Shown piece by piece: positions 1 through 9,331 of a stretch of DNA of 64,000 nt. The DNA is from Candidatus Bathyarchaeota archaeon (GTDB lineage Archaea; Thermoproteota; Bathyarchaeia; 40CM-2-53-6; RBG-13-38-9): positions 256,001 through 320,000 of the forward strand of contig CAWECG010000001.1 of the NCBI GenBank assembly GCA_963807605.1, read 5' to 3'. Both the position numbers and the translations under genes were made by a program. The number at the start of each line of letters is the position of its first letter. Position 1 is the first letter of the stretch. The notes beneath the pieces are model-generated. The model saw nothing but the letters and a program-made list of their open reading frames with translations, ran no database searches and was not told the DNA's origin.

Positions 1-1581
1 GCGTCGCAGATAATCTACCTTAACGGCCACGAGTACTGGGCTGCCCCCACAACAATCAACTATCCAACCGACGACTGGATTAGCCATCACTTGATCTACA
101 CTCATGCCGCCAGAATCATCGTAATCGACAGCCACACAGGCGATTACGTTTCAGTACAGAACGCGTTCGGAGTCAAAGTGGAGCCTTTGATCTATTATGG
201 CGAGGCACTATCTGACGATGTCTATGTTCACGTCAAAGGGTTCGATGAGATCGGAAATGCCTCCTACACCGGCGCTCCTGACTATACGCTGTCAGGCTGG
301 CAACGGAGCTTGTGGTTCCTCGTGAAAGAAGGCCAAGTCGGCTTCGCCTTGAGCCCTCCCCAAGATAATATCATGATGCTGCACAATCGCGACGTTTACC
401 AGAGAGTCCAAGACATACTCATCGGTGGATTAACTACTGACACCGCAAGCTACCTCGTCACAGACGGTAGCCGCATCTATTACTGCGTGCAAGTCTACAC
501 GAACTACCCGATCCATTCCGGATTCTCCGGAAGCAACTACCTCCGATTCTTCGGCGTCGTTCTTGTCGATATTGAGAACGGCCAAATGTATCCCTACGTC
601 ATTGCGAAACCAGACGGTTTTCTGGTCAACTTCTACAGACAATACTACTCTTCCTGGCAAGCGCCGCCGAACTGGCTCGTTAGTCAACTGCGTTATCCTG
701 AGGACCTGCTAGGAACACACACTAACCCCGGACAACTGGACGTGGCTTTCCAGTATCACGTGAGCGACCCATTCATCTGGCGATCAGGATCTGATTTCTA
801 CGAGCGACCAGAATCCACCGAAGTCCTATACATCCTTGAGACTTTCGGAAATCGTACAGACTTCGTAGGGCTACAGCTGGTAGAGTATCAATCATCCCCC
901 GGCAAAAACCTCGCAGGGATGTTCATAGCCTACGGAAGCGACCAACTTGGCAAGCTGAATCTCTACAGAATATCCAACTCGACGACTCAACTTATCGGGC
1001 CGTCTGCCGCCCTGCAAGCCGTCGAGACAGACGATTACGTGCGCACACAGCTAACCCTGCTGCCGAACTATAGGCTGGGTAACATCCTGCTGTATCTGAT
1101 CGGTAACCGCCTCTACTACTTCATCCCCGTGTACATCAACACTCAAGTCGAGAACGCCGTAATCACGAAAATGGCGTTTATTGCAGTGGTCGACGCCACG
1201 ACCGGCGCCAGAGTTGCCGTTGGTGCGGATTCATCGCAAGCATACTACGCGATCTCCGGTGGAACCCCCGTCATATTGGGGTCTGCGGAACGTGTGAAGA
1301 AGCTCAACTCATTATTCACAGACAGCGGTTACTCTCTTGTCAGCCCGACGAATATCAGCGCGAACGTGGAAATTCGAGTTGCCAACATCACTTACACCGA
1401 TGAGTCACAATGGACCTCAGTCAACGCCACAGTCAAGGATTTCATCGCCAACTACTGTCAGAAATACAATGTGGCGGAAGTCTACTACTGGACTGCACAA
1501 GACGGTGGCCTAAACTTCGGCGTGCTCACCTCTACAGACGGAGTTGTGAAACTCTACTACATCACCGTGCTGACCAAGTAG
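1..1581 (+). CDS. UPF0182-family membrane-associated protein, C-terminal part (begins before window)
   Basis: Frame is open from the window start. Motifs YTH, LRYPEDLL and YHVSDP..W are typical of UPF0182/COG1615. Confidence 0.7.
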   Translation, partial: ASQIIYLNGHEYWAAPTTINYPTDDWISHHLIYTHAARIIVIDSHTGDYVSVQNAFGVKVEPLIYYGEALSDDVYVHVKGFDEIGNASYTGAPDYTLSGWQRSLWFLVKEGQVGFALSPPQDNIMMLHNRDVYQRVQDILIGGLTTDTASYLVTDGSRIYYCVQVYTNYPIHSGFSGSNYLRFFGVVLVDIENGQMYPYVIAKPDGFLVNFYRQYYSSWQAPPNWLVSQLRYPEDLLGTHTNPGQLDVAFQYHVSDPFIWRSGSDFYERPESTEVLYILETFGNRTDFVGLQLVEYQSSPGKNLAGMFIAYGSDQLGKLNLYRISNSTTQLIGPSAALQAVETDDYVRTQLTLLPNYRLGNILLYLIGNRLYYFIPVYINTQVENAVITKMAFIAVVDATTGARVAVGADSSQAYYAISGGTPVILGSAERVKKLNSLFTDSGYSLVSPTNISANVEIRVANITYTDESQWTSVNATVKDFIANYCQKYNVAEVYYWTAQDGGLNFGVLTSTDGVVKLYYITVLTK

Positions 1582-1881
1582 GTGCCGCCATTGGAGTCGA
1601 CACGAGAAGAGTTCGACATGTGGCTGAGCAGCAGATACTCGAACCCCTTCTGGATCGGACACCACAGATTCGAGAAGAGCGTAACCGGAGAAATACGAGT
1701 TGACAACGGCGTATTCAACAGAGAAGAAGCGATCATACTCTACCGAATGCTGAGATCACGCGACCCGTTCACTCGACTCAACGCGAACTTCGTAATCTGG
1801 GAGAGAAACCGGAGCCTACTCGTTCTGCTGCTGATCGTGACGCTCATGATGCTCGCACTCGTAGTCATCAGGATTGAATGA
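1582..1881 (+). CDS. Hypothetical protein with C-terminal transmembrane helix
   Basis: GTG start directly abuts the previous stop; hydrophobic C-terminus LLVLLLIVTLMMLALVVI. Confidence 0.55.
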   Translation: MPPLESTREEFDMWLSSRYSNPFWIGHHRFEKSVTGEIRVDNGVFNREEAIILYRMLRSRDPFTRLNANFVIWERNRSLLVLLLIVTLMMLALVVIRIE

Positions 1882-2103
1882 TAGTCCATCCGACTCGCCA
1901 ACCCGTCTCGCCCCATGTTCAATCGACTATTCTTCCACAACTGTTGATCCTTTGGGAAACCTTGAGGACAGCACGCGCGCTACATAGTTCACAGCAGAAA
2001 GAAACAGAGGTGCACACGTGGACTAGACCGACGAAAGCGTAACGAAAACGGATCGTTTAATATAAAACGCGTCGCTGTTTAGCCTTACCAGGAGAAAAAA
2101 GTA

Positions 2104-3357
2104 GTGGAATCATCCGAGTCTGTGTCGCGCCATAGGCTCAAGAGAACGCTTGAGGCACTGGCCTCTAAGGAAGGACGGGGGACAGAGTTGATATCTCTTT
2201 TCGTTCCTCCCGACAGGCAGATACATGAGGTCATGGCAAATCTCAGGGAAGAGCATGGAACAGCTTCCAACATCAAATCGAGAACGACTAGAAAGAGTGT
2301 TCAGGAGGCTATAGAGAGAACGATACAGAGACTCAAACTCTTCAAGAAGCCTCCTCCAACAGGTCTCGTGATCTTCTGTGGTGCCATTCCTCAGAATGGA
2401 ATCGGATCAGAACGTATGGAAACCTATGTTTTAGTTCCTCCAAAACCGATAAACGTATACTTCTACCGGTGTGATAATAGGTTCCACCTCGAACCCTTGA
2501 TGGAGATCCTCCGAGAGAAAGAGACCTACGGCATAATCGTTATCGACACCAATGACGCAACGTTAGCAACGCTTCGAGGAAGACGGATGGATGTGCTGAA
2601 GGAGTTGACTTCAGGCGTCCCCGGCAAACACCGAGCTGGCGGCCAATCGGCTCGCAGATTTGAGAGAATCCGAGAGGCCGCGATCAATGACTATTTCAAG
2701 CGAATTGGAAATCATGCTACAAACATCTTCAGCCAGATTTCAGATCTCAAAGGAATTATCATAGGCGGACCGGGCCCCACAAAATACAACTTCGAAGAAG
2801 GAGAGTATCTCAACTATATGCTAAAAGAGAAGGTCATCGCGACCCTAGACACCTCGTACGTAGGCAGTAGCGGAGTAAAGGAGATTGTTGAGAAGAGCGG
2901 CGAGATACTCCGAGGAGTTCGATATGCAGAAGAGAAGAAAATTGTACAGAGATTTCTGTACGAGGTGGGCCACGATACAGGAATGGGAGCGTACGGCGAG
3001 AGTGAAGTACGCCGTTATCTTCGAGACGGCCTAGTAGACACCTTGCTTCTAACTGAAAAACTGGACCTCAGCGATGTCAAAGTCGCATGCAAGAACTGCG
3101 GCTACACCGAGCAGAAACTTTTGGACCCTCGAGAGCTACCAAAACTCGAGAAGGAGACCTCCCAAACTCAATGTCCAAAGTGTCTGAACCAGACCCTTGC
3201 AATTGAGGAAAAGAAAGACCTCTTGGACGAGCTTGTCGATGATGCTGAACGAGCAGGAGCAAAGGTTGAGGTCATATCAACAGATACAGATGAGGGTGTC
3301 ATGCTTAAGGAGTCCTTCGGTGGGATAGCAGCGATACTGCGGTACCCAACAGCTTAG
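2104..3357 (+). CDS. prf1: Peptide chain release factor aRF1
   Basis: GTELIS, TASNIKS, YRCD and GGQS motifs; CxxC...CxxC insert in the C-domain. Confidence 0.97.
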   Translation: MESSESVSRHRLKRTLEALASKEGRGTELISLFVPPDRQIHEVMANLREEHGTASNIKSRTTRKSVQEAIERTIQRLKLFKKPPPTGLVIFCGAIPQNGIGSERMETYVLVPPKPINVYFYRCDNRFHLEPLMEILREKETYGIIVIDTNDATLATLRGRRMDVLKELTSGVPGKHRAGGQSARRFERIREAAINDYFKRIGNHATNIFSQISDLKGIIIGGPGPTKYNFEEGEYLNYMLKEKVIATLDTSYVGSSGVKEIVEKSGEILRGVRYAEEKKIVQRFLYEVGHDTGMGAYGESEVRRYLRDGLVDTLLLTEKLDLSDVKVACKNCGYTEQKLLDPRELPKLEKETSQTQCPKCLNQTLAIEEKKDLLDELVDDAERAGAKVEVISTDTDEGVMLKESFGGIAAILRYPTA

Positions 3358-3363
3358 ACTAGA

Positions 3364-4413
3364 CTATATATGAGCATAAAGTCTCTGCTCAGAGAAAGTT
3401 CCGCTGGTCATCTCCGACTCTATCTGTCTTAGAAGCATTATTCTCTTGAAAGTCGGTGGATGGGTTGAGAAAGCAGTGTTTATGCTCTTCCAATAAGACT
3501 TCGCTTCCTTCTCCATTGCCAACTCCAGCTCTCTCTCATCCAGAACGCCATCCTTATCGAGGTCGTACTCGCTTTTGTTCTGCAATATTGAGTTGATCTC
3601 CTCTTTTGCCAGTGCTGGATCCGATATGAAGAGTGCTCTGGCCCCGTGCGGCGCATCAGGGCTGAGTGAAAGCCCGTAAGCTATCTTTGTCAAGGCGCTC
3701 TCAAGACTCCGAGGAGAACCTGTCAGATACGCTGAGTATGCGTCAGAGAAGTGTTCACGCAATCTGCTCAATTTCAAGACAAAAAGCTGAGCCACGAAAT
3801 AGACGACTAAAGCAACAATTCCTGCCAAGACAATATATCCGCCTCCCCCCCTTCTACGACCACCTCCCCCCCCGAGCGACATTGTGGCTGTAGCAACCAT
3901 ATAGGCCATCAGGGGCAGGGCGGACAGGACCGTCATGATCAATGCATCTTTATGCCTTATGTGGCCCAACTCATGGCCTATCACACCGGTTATCTCCTCT
4001 TCTGAGAGACTGTTCAGGAGACCTTGATGAATGGCCAAGGTCATGTTTGAGCTAGAGTTTCCAAAGACAAACGCGTTAGGATCATTATTAGGCGATATTG
4101 CTATTCTGGGTTTCTTCACACCGCTCTTCTCTGAGAGATTCTCAACAGTCCTCTCAAGCCATGGAAATTCACCAGACTCGATGTAGCGCAGATGGGTTGA
4201 GGCGCGGACTATCGCAGGGCTTATAGCCAGCTGGATCAGCATGAAAATGATAGCAAGACCTGCTGCCACCAGCAAAGTTGAGTAAAGCGAGAGATTGACA
4301 CTTTCAGCCATGGAGAATAGAGCCGAGACTGCGAGGATGAACATTCCAAATATGAAGAGCGTTATCAGAACAGTTGCCCACATCACTGTTCTCAAAGAAG
4401 CGAGGCTTGCCAT
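3364..4413 (-). CDS. htpX: HtpX-like zinc metalloprotease (M48) with EF-hand-like loop
   Basis: PNAF, HELGH, SRLRE..SD and FSTHP motifs; TM helices; DLDKDGVLDERE loop. Confidence 0.92.
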   Translation of the reverse strand: MASLASLRTVMWATVLITLFIFGMFILAVSALFSMAESVNLSLYSTLLVAAGLAIIFMLIQLAISPAIVRASTHLRYIESGEFPWLERTVENLSEKSGVKKPRIAISPNNDPNAFVFGNSSSNMTLAIHQGLLNSLSEEEITGVIGHELGHIRHKDALIMTVLSALPLMAYMVATATMSLGGGGGRRRGGGGYIVLAGIVALVVYFVAQLFVLKLSRLREHFSDAYSAYLTGSPRSLESALTKIAYGLSLSPDAPHGARALFISDPALAKEEINSILQNKSEYDLDKDGVLDERELELAMEKEAKSYWKSINTAFSTHPPTFKRIMLLRQIESEMTSGTFSEQRLYAHI

Positions 4414-4470
4414 AGATTCACCCTCTAACCTGTATGAAAAACGAAGGACACCACTCCAGATTTAATCCTT

Positions 4471-5238
4471 GTGGGAAGGACTTTGACCAAACTAGTCAAG
4501 GAGATAGACTGCAGTAACTGCGGTGCGCCGTTGGAGTTTGAGCCCGGCGAGCTAATAGTATCATGTAGATACTGTGGATACACCTCAATCATTCAAACCG
4601 GCGAGCCGTTCGCTCTGGAACATTCAATGGTTCTCGACACCATCAAAGAGGACGAGGTAAACGAGCTTATACGAAGTTGGATGAAGCAGAACTTCATGGC
4701 ACCGCGAGACCTTGAAAGAAAGGCCACGGTAAGTGAGGCGACGCTTGTCTATCTCCCCTTCTGGGTAATGTCCACAAAATCAACGACAACTTACAAAGGA
4801 ACAGTAGAACGCGTAACACCCGTCGTTAACAAGGACGGTCAAGTTAACAATAGATACAGTTGGTTGGTCATTGCGAGAAAGGACGTCGATTTTCCAACGA
4901 GGGCATATAAGATACCTCTTGAAGGTAGAATTCCGTTTGACCCAGCAAAGCTCGCTAGAACAGCAAAGATCCTTAATAGCGAAATAGAAAAGGCGGAGGC
5001 AGTAGAAATTGCCGAACAAGAGATAAAACAATATCAACTGTCCATCGCAAAACAGGACGTCGACATAATAATCGAGTCACAATTCGAGTTTAATCTTGAA
5101 GAGGTATTCTACATTCATGCACCAGTATGGTTTGTATCATATACATACAAAGGATCAGAGTATCAGATTTTGCTTGATGGTGCAAGCAAGGAAGTAATTA
5201 AGGGAGGATTGCCACCTGTCGAATTCAAGTTCATATGA
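4471..5238 (+). CDS. Zinc-ribbon protein (YdjG-like, SPFH-associated)
   Basis: CSNCGAPL...CRYCG zinc ribbon; YLPFW and APVW..Y.Y motifs. Confidence 0.7.
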   Translation: MGRTLTKLVKEIDCSNCGAPLEFEPGELIVSCRYCGYTSIIQTGEPFALEHSMVLDTIKEDEVNELIRSWMKQNFMAPRDLERKATVSEATLVYLPFWVMSTKSTTTYKGTVERVTPVVNKDGQVNNRYSWLVIARKDVDFPTRAYKIPLEGRIPFDPAKLARTAKILNSEIEKAEAVEIAEQEIKQYQLSIAKQDVDIIIESQFEFNLEEVFYIHAPVWFVSYTYKGSEYQILLDGASKEVIKGGLPPVEFKFI

Positions 5239-5259
5239 GATGCCAGAGGAAGAAGCCCC

Positions 5260-5859
5260 TTGAAGGACAACTCTCTTGAAGAAGCGATATTACGATTCAG
5301 TCACGAGGTCGGCAAGGCAAAGAATCTAGTACGTACTGGCTGGAGGGAGAAGGTCGGAGTCAAATCACCTGAATCAGTAGCTGACCATATGTACAGGACA
5401 GCTGTCATCTCGATGGTGATCAGTGATCTTGAAGGCTTGGATACAGAGAAAGTCTTGAGAATGTCTATTCTCGATGATCTTGCGGAGACTATTACAGGAG
5501 ATCTAACACCAAACCAGAAAAGGTCATATGGCCTCGCAAGAACTAGACAACGTGAAGAGAAGGCATTAAAGAAATTACTCTCGCTGCTACCAAGTTCTCT
5601 CTCAGAAAGGTACTCGGCAATTTGGAAAGAGGCCCAGCTGCAGAGATCTAAAGAGGCAAGACTTGTGAAGAGTTCCGACAAGTTGGAAATGGCTATACAG
5701 GCAACAGAGTATATGCAACAAAGTTACGATGCCAAGAAATTGGAGGAGTTCATAATCTCAGCCGGAGCTAAGATAGAAGGTCATCTTGTGGGGAAGGTCT
5801 TCAATAGTCTGAAAAAGAAATCTATTTGTTCGACCTCAGATGACTGGGACGCAAGATAA
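5260..5859 (+). CDS. HD-domain 5'-deoxynucleotidase (YfbR/HDDC2-like)
   Basis: RTGW...ESVADHMYR, DDLAETITGD and DKLEM motifs (the HD dyad reads DD here). Confidence 0.85.
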   Translation: MKDNSLEEAILRFSHEVGKAKNLVRTGWREKVGVKSPESVADHMYRTAVISMVISDLEGLDTEKVLRMSILDDLAETITGDLTPNQKRSYGLARTRQREEKALKKLLSLLPSSLSERYSAIWKEAQLQRSKEARLVKSSDKLEMAIQATEYMQQSYDAKKLEEFIISAGAKIEGHLVGKVFNSLKKKSICSTSDDWDAR

Positions 5860-6328
5860 TAAGTCGCTTTGTGATTTAGTGAGGGCGAAAATCTTGATAC
5901 CTGTTGTGATCACCCGTGATATTCTCCAGAAGATTAGATCTGGAATGAGCGTGCCATACGAACAGATAGGCCTGCTCATTGGGGAGCTCTCCAACGGCCA
6001 GCTGGTCATAAGTGACGCGATCAGTGGGACTTCCAGCGCAACCAGATCTCTTGCAATCCTCTCTACCGAAGTCCTGGCAGAGGTTGCCGATGACATAATT
6101 AACGGCCGAATAGCGGGAAGAATCTTGGGGTGGTATCATTCACATCTTGGAAGCGGAGTATTTATGTCAGCTATAGATATCGAAACACACTCCAAGCTCC
6201 AACAGTTCTCAAACCAAGTAATCGCCATGATAGTAGACACATCCTCGAACGAATTCGGAATATTTGTACACGATCCCCAGCTTGGAGGATTGGCTCAACT
6301 TCCGGAAGAATACATCACAATAATCTGA
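5840..6328 (+). CDS. JAMM/MPN+ metallo-isopeptidase, Rpn11/CSN5-like
   Basis: EQIGLLIG plus GWYHSHLGSGVFMSAID = E..HSH-x7-S-x2-D JAMM motif. Confidence 0.9.
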   Translation: MTGTQDNKSLCDLVRAKILIPVVITRDILQKIRSGMSVPYEQIGLLIGELSNGQLVISDAISGTSSATRSLAILSTEVLAEVADDIINGRIAGRILGWYHSHLGSGVFMSAIDIETHSKLQQFSNQVIAMIVDTSSNEFGIFVHDPQLGGLAQLPEEYITII

Positions 6329-6626
6329 ATGATTCAGAAACAGGCACTCCGCTAATCTGATGAACGTGCAACTACTCTCTCGGAAGAGATGGTAGTCGTA
6401 GATTCAGAATTGTTCCTGCGAAATTAGCAGCATTGTTATGTGAACCGATTTTGGAGACTGCAGAATTCAACCTACCCAGCTTGACCTCCTCCGCATGTCT
6501 ATTCGCTTTCTCATTCTAAACAGCCGGGCATAGGCTAATGGCTTGCCGTTTTCAACAGCATGACCATAGTTTCCTTGAGTATCAATCTTAAAAGAGACTA
6601 GAACCAACTAGGAACAGTGAGAAGTC

Positions 6627-7160
6627 ATGCCTAAGCCACCGCTGGAGAAGGTTGAAGAAGAGACTAGACTTCTTGAGAAGGTAATGCTGGCAGTCCCCGG
6701 CTTCAGAGGATACAAAGCTAAGGAGCTTCGTAGAGAAGCTGATAGACTGGTGAGGGACAGCCTTTACAGGAAGCTTGAGACTATAAGGGGCGACTTTGAA
6801 ATCATATTCCACGACTTGTCGGACAACAGACTTGAAAAATACTTGGACGAGCTAAACCATCTTATCGCAAAGATAGACACTCTATCCGAGCGAATTAACC
6901 ATGCCTCTTACGGTTACTCTGGCTTCTACGATGCAATGAAGATCGAGGAGGACGAACTCGACAATATGTTGTCGTTCGATTCGGGTCTTCTAGAGGGAAT
7001 TGCCAAGTTGAATGATGAAACAGCAACTTTCAAGTTTGATATTAGTGAAGGGAAATTTGATACAGCTTCCCAACATATTACAACGTTGACAAGCCAACTT
7101 GAAGAACTTGAGAAGAAATTTGACGGGCGAGAAGAGACCATCAAGGGGGTAGGCCTCTAG
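6627..7160 (+). CDS. Conserved helical/coiled-coil protein co-transcribed with SPFH protein
   Basis: PGFRGY..KELRREAD..VR motif; all-helical composition; its stop abuts the SPFH start. Confidence 0.7.
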   Translation: MPKPPLEKVEEETRLLEKVMLAVPGFRGYKAKELRREADRLVRDSLYRKLETIRGDFEIIFHDLSDNRLEKYLDELNHLIAKIDTLSERINHASYGYSGFYDAMKIEEDELDNMLSFDSGLLEGIAKLNDETATFKFDISEGKFDTASQHITTLTSQLEELEKKFDGREETIKGVGL

Positions 7161-8144
7161 ATGCCACAAGTCATCGAGTGGACGAATCCAAATCCAGACG
7201 ACATCATATGGAAGTTTCCAGACGAGCAGCTAACGTGGGGTGCCCAACTTATCGTTAAGGAGATGGAAGCTGCCGTCTTTTTCAGAGATGGTAAAGCGTA
7301 TGACGTCTTCGGCGCAGGTCGACACACAATAACAACGTTGAATCTTTCTTTGTTAGCGAGATCCCTTTCTAGTATTGCAGGGTACAGTCAGTCCCCCTTC
7401 AAGAGTATGGTATTCTTCGTATCGACACGGCAATTCGCTGGAAAGTTCGGAGCAAGGGCACAAACCACTGAGCTTGCCCCTCTGATGACTCACGGCTCCT
7501 TCTGGTTCAAGGTGGAAGATCCGTCGCTTTTCCTGAACGAGATCGTGGGGGCGCAAAATGTCTACACAACTTTCGACGTGAACAATTTCCTTCGTGGATA
7601 TCTAAACGAGAGGATTATTGATGAACTCTCAAGATACGATCTTGTTACTGTCTTCACGAAACTTGACGAGACTTCCGCGCAAGTCAAAGGTGCCATTTTT
7701 GACTACTTCAGAAGGATAGGTATGGAGCTCACTGACCTCAAATTCGAGGGGGTTGACACCGAACCTGAGTACAGGGAGAGGCTTTTCTGGCTTAAGGCAG
7801 GGAGAGTAGCTCCTGACGAGGTTCTCAGAATGGAGACGGTCAAACAGGCTGCTAAAGAGCTGGGAAAATCTGCTGGCGCTGGCTTTGGAACAGGCATGGT
7901 CATGGTTCCACCAATCTTTCAAGGGGCTGGAGGCTCAGGAGCCCCAGCCATGGCCTTGGTCTTCTGTCCAGGTTGTAATGCTCAGATACCCTCAACATCG
8001 AAGTTCTGTCCAAACTGCGGAAAGGACCTATCCACTCAGCAAGTCCCGCCTACGCAGGTTGAGCCGTCAAGGTGTCCAAAATGCAAGGAAATCGTACCTG
8101 TGGGCGCCAAGTTCTGCCACAACTGCGGCGCAACGTTAACCTAG
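7161..8144 (+). CDS. SPFH/band-7 domain protein with C-terminal double zinc ribbon (YdjI-like)
   Basis: VIEW..DDIIWKFP...QLIVKEMEAAVFFRDGK; four CxxC pairs at the C-terminus. Confidence 0.88.
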   Translation: MPQVIEWTNPNPDDIIWKFPDEQLTWGAQLIVKEMEAAVFFRDGKAYDVFGAGRHTITTLNLSLLARSLSSIAGYSQSPFKSMVFFVSTRQFAGKFGARAQTTELAPLMTHGSFWFKVEDPSLFLNEIVGAQNVYTTFDVNNFLRGYLNERIIDELSRYDLVTVFTKLDETSAQVKGAIFDYFRRIGMELTDLKFEGVDTEPEYRERLFWLKAGRVAPDEVLRMETVKQAAKELGKSAGAGFGTGMVMVPPIFQGAGGSGAPAMALVFCPGCNAQIPSTSKFCPNCGKDLSTQQVPPTQVEPSRCPKCKEIVPVGAKFCHNCGATLT

Positions 8145-8165
8145 AGAAACTGAAGAAATAAGAAC

Positions 8166-8564
8166 CTAGACTCTACGACCCCGCCTGCCACCAGGGCGGC
8201 GTGTGCCATCGTGGGGAACTGGAGTGACATCCTCTATTCTGCCGATTCGAAAGCCAGCGCGTGCCAAGCTTCTTATTGCAGCCTGCGCACCTGGACCAGG
8301 AGTTCTGGCGCCATGACCTCCCGGAGCTCTAACCCGGATATGAATTGCCGAGATACCACGATCCTTCGCTACTTGAGCTGCAACAGCCGCAGCACGCATA
8401 GCCGCGTAAGGAGATCCTTGAAGTCGGGCAGCCTTGACATGCCTGCCACCTGAACTTAGAGCTACCGTCTCTGCTCCGCTCAGGTCCGTTATATGGACTA
8501 TCGTATTGTTGAATGAGGAGTACACATTCGCTATGCCCCAGCGTTCGGCCTTCTTCTCAGACAG
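8166..8564 (-). CDS. rps11: 30S ribosomal protein S11 (uS11)
   Basis: [18 protein letters not shown] and [22 protein letters not shown]. The frame extends upstream ([11 protein letters not shown]) to a CTG 6 nt after GGTGA. Confidence 0.95.
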   Translation of the reverse strand: MSEKKAERWGIANVYSSFNNTIVHITDLSGAETVALSSGGRHVKAARLQGSPYAAMRAAAVAAQVAKDRGISAIHIRVRAPGGHGARTPGPGAQAAIRSLARAGFRIGRIEDVTPVPHDGTRRPGGRRGRRV

Positions 8565-8667
8565 AGCTGTTCACCCAGATGCATTTTGTATGCTGACAAT
8601 CCCGAGGTTTCTATTTAAGGATTGTTTAGTAAGATAACCCCTCAACCTGCCAAGAAGAGTACACCAG

Positions 8668-9138
8668 ATGCACAACTCTACCCATGCGGAAGGTCCGGAA
8701 TCTCCATTGAGGATCCTGAAATTTCAATCAAACCTCTTTGAGGAGATCTGCGTGATTGAGAGTTCAAGCTTCTCGCATCCCTTTCCTCGACGCTATATGG
8801 CTGAGCTCTCCACGCTCTACCCAGAAACGTTTCTTGTGGCAGAGGAAGACAGCGAAGTTCTCGGCTACGTTGTAGCCCAGATGGATCATGATCAAGCTCA
8901 CGTCCTCTCGATTGCGGTAAGAGAAGATTGTAGAAGGAGACATGTCGGTTCCAGATTGATGCACGCACTTCTCAAGACTCTCAGGATGAATGGAATCGAG
9001 AGCGTCCTGCTTGAGGTAAGAGACAGCAACTCAGCTGCCAAGGCACTCTATGAGAAATTAGGATTTCAACTGGTCGGTAGACTCAGGGGCTACTATGAGG
9101 ATGGGGAAGACGCGGCGAGCTACTCCCTTAAACTTTGA
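8668..9138 (+). CDS. rimI: RimI/Ard1-type N-acetyltransferase
   Basis: HVLSIAV..RRRHVG, LEVRDSN..A..LY.K.GF and YYEDGEDA. Confidence 0.9.
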   Translation: MHNSTHAEGPESPLRILKFQSNLFEEICVIESSSFSHPFPRRYMAELSTLYPETFLVAEEDSEVLGYVVAQMDHDQAHVLSIAVREDCRRRHVGSRLMHALLKTLRMNGIESVLLEVRDSNSAAKALYEKLGFQLVGRLRGYYEDGEDAASYSLKL

Positions 9139-9331
9139 TAGGAACAAGATGAAGAAATATTATATCTAGATTTCACCCGTTGAAGTCCTTGTCAACCAGA
9201 CTCTTTTGGCTTCTGGACATCGATCATGAGAACGTAAAAGATGCGGTGGAGGTTAGGCTAGGGAAAAATGTGTCCACACAATTCTTGGCGGTTCCGCCTC
9301 TGCCCTGGCTGACTTTTTGAGCTGACAGAAC

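Noticed and set aside
1-2000. Apparently more C-rich codon usage than neighbours (possible HGT or mis-join)
   Set aside because: Impression only; it cannot be quantified without computation and no mobility signature is present.
6330-6420. CTGATGA plus hairpin as C/D-box sRNA or hammerhead ribozyme
   Set aside because: No correctly spaced D box or GAAA core could be identified.
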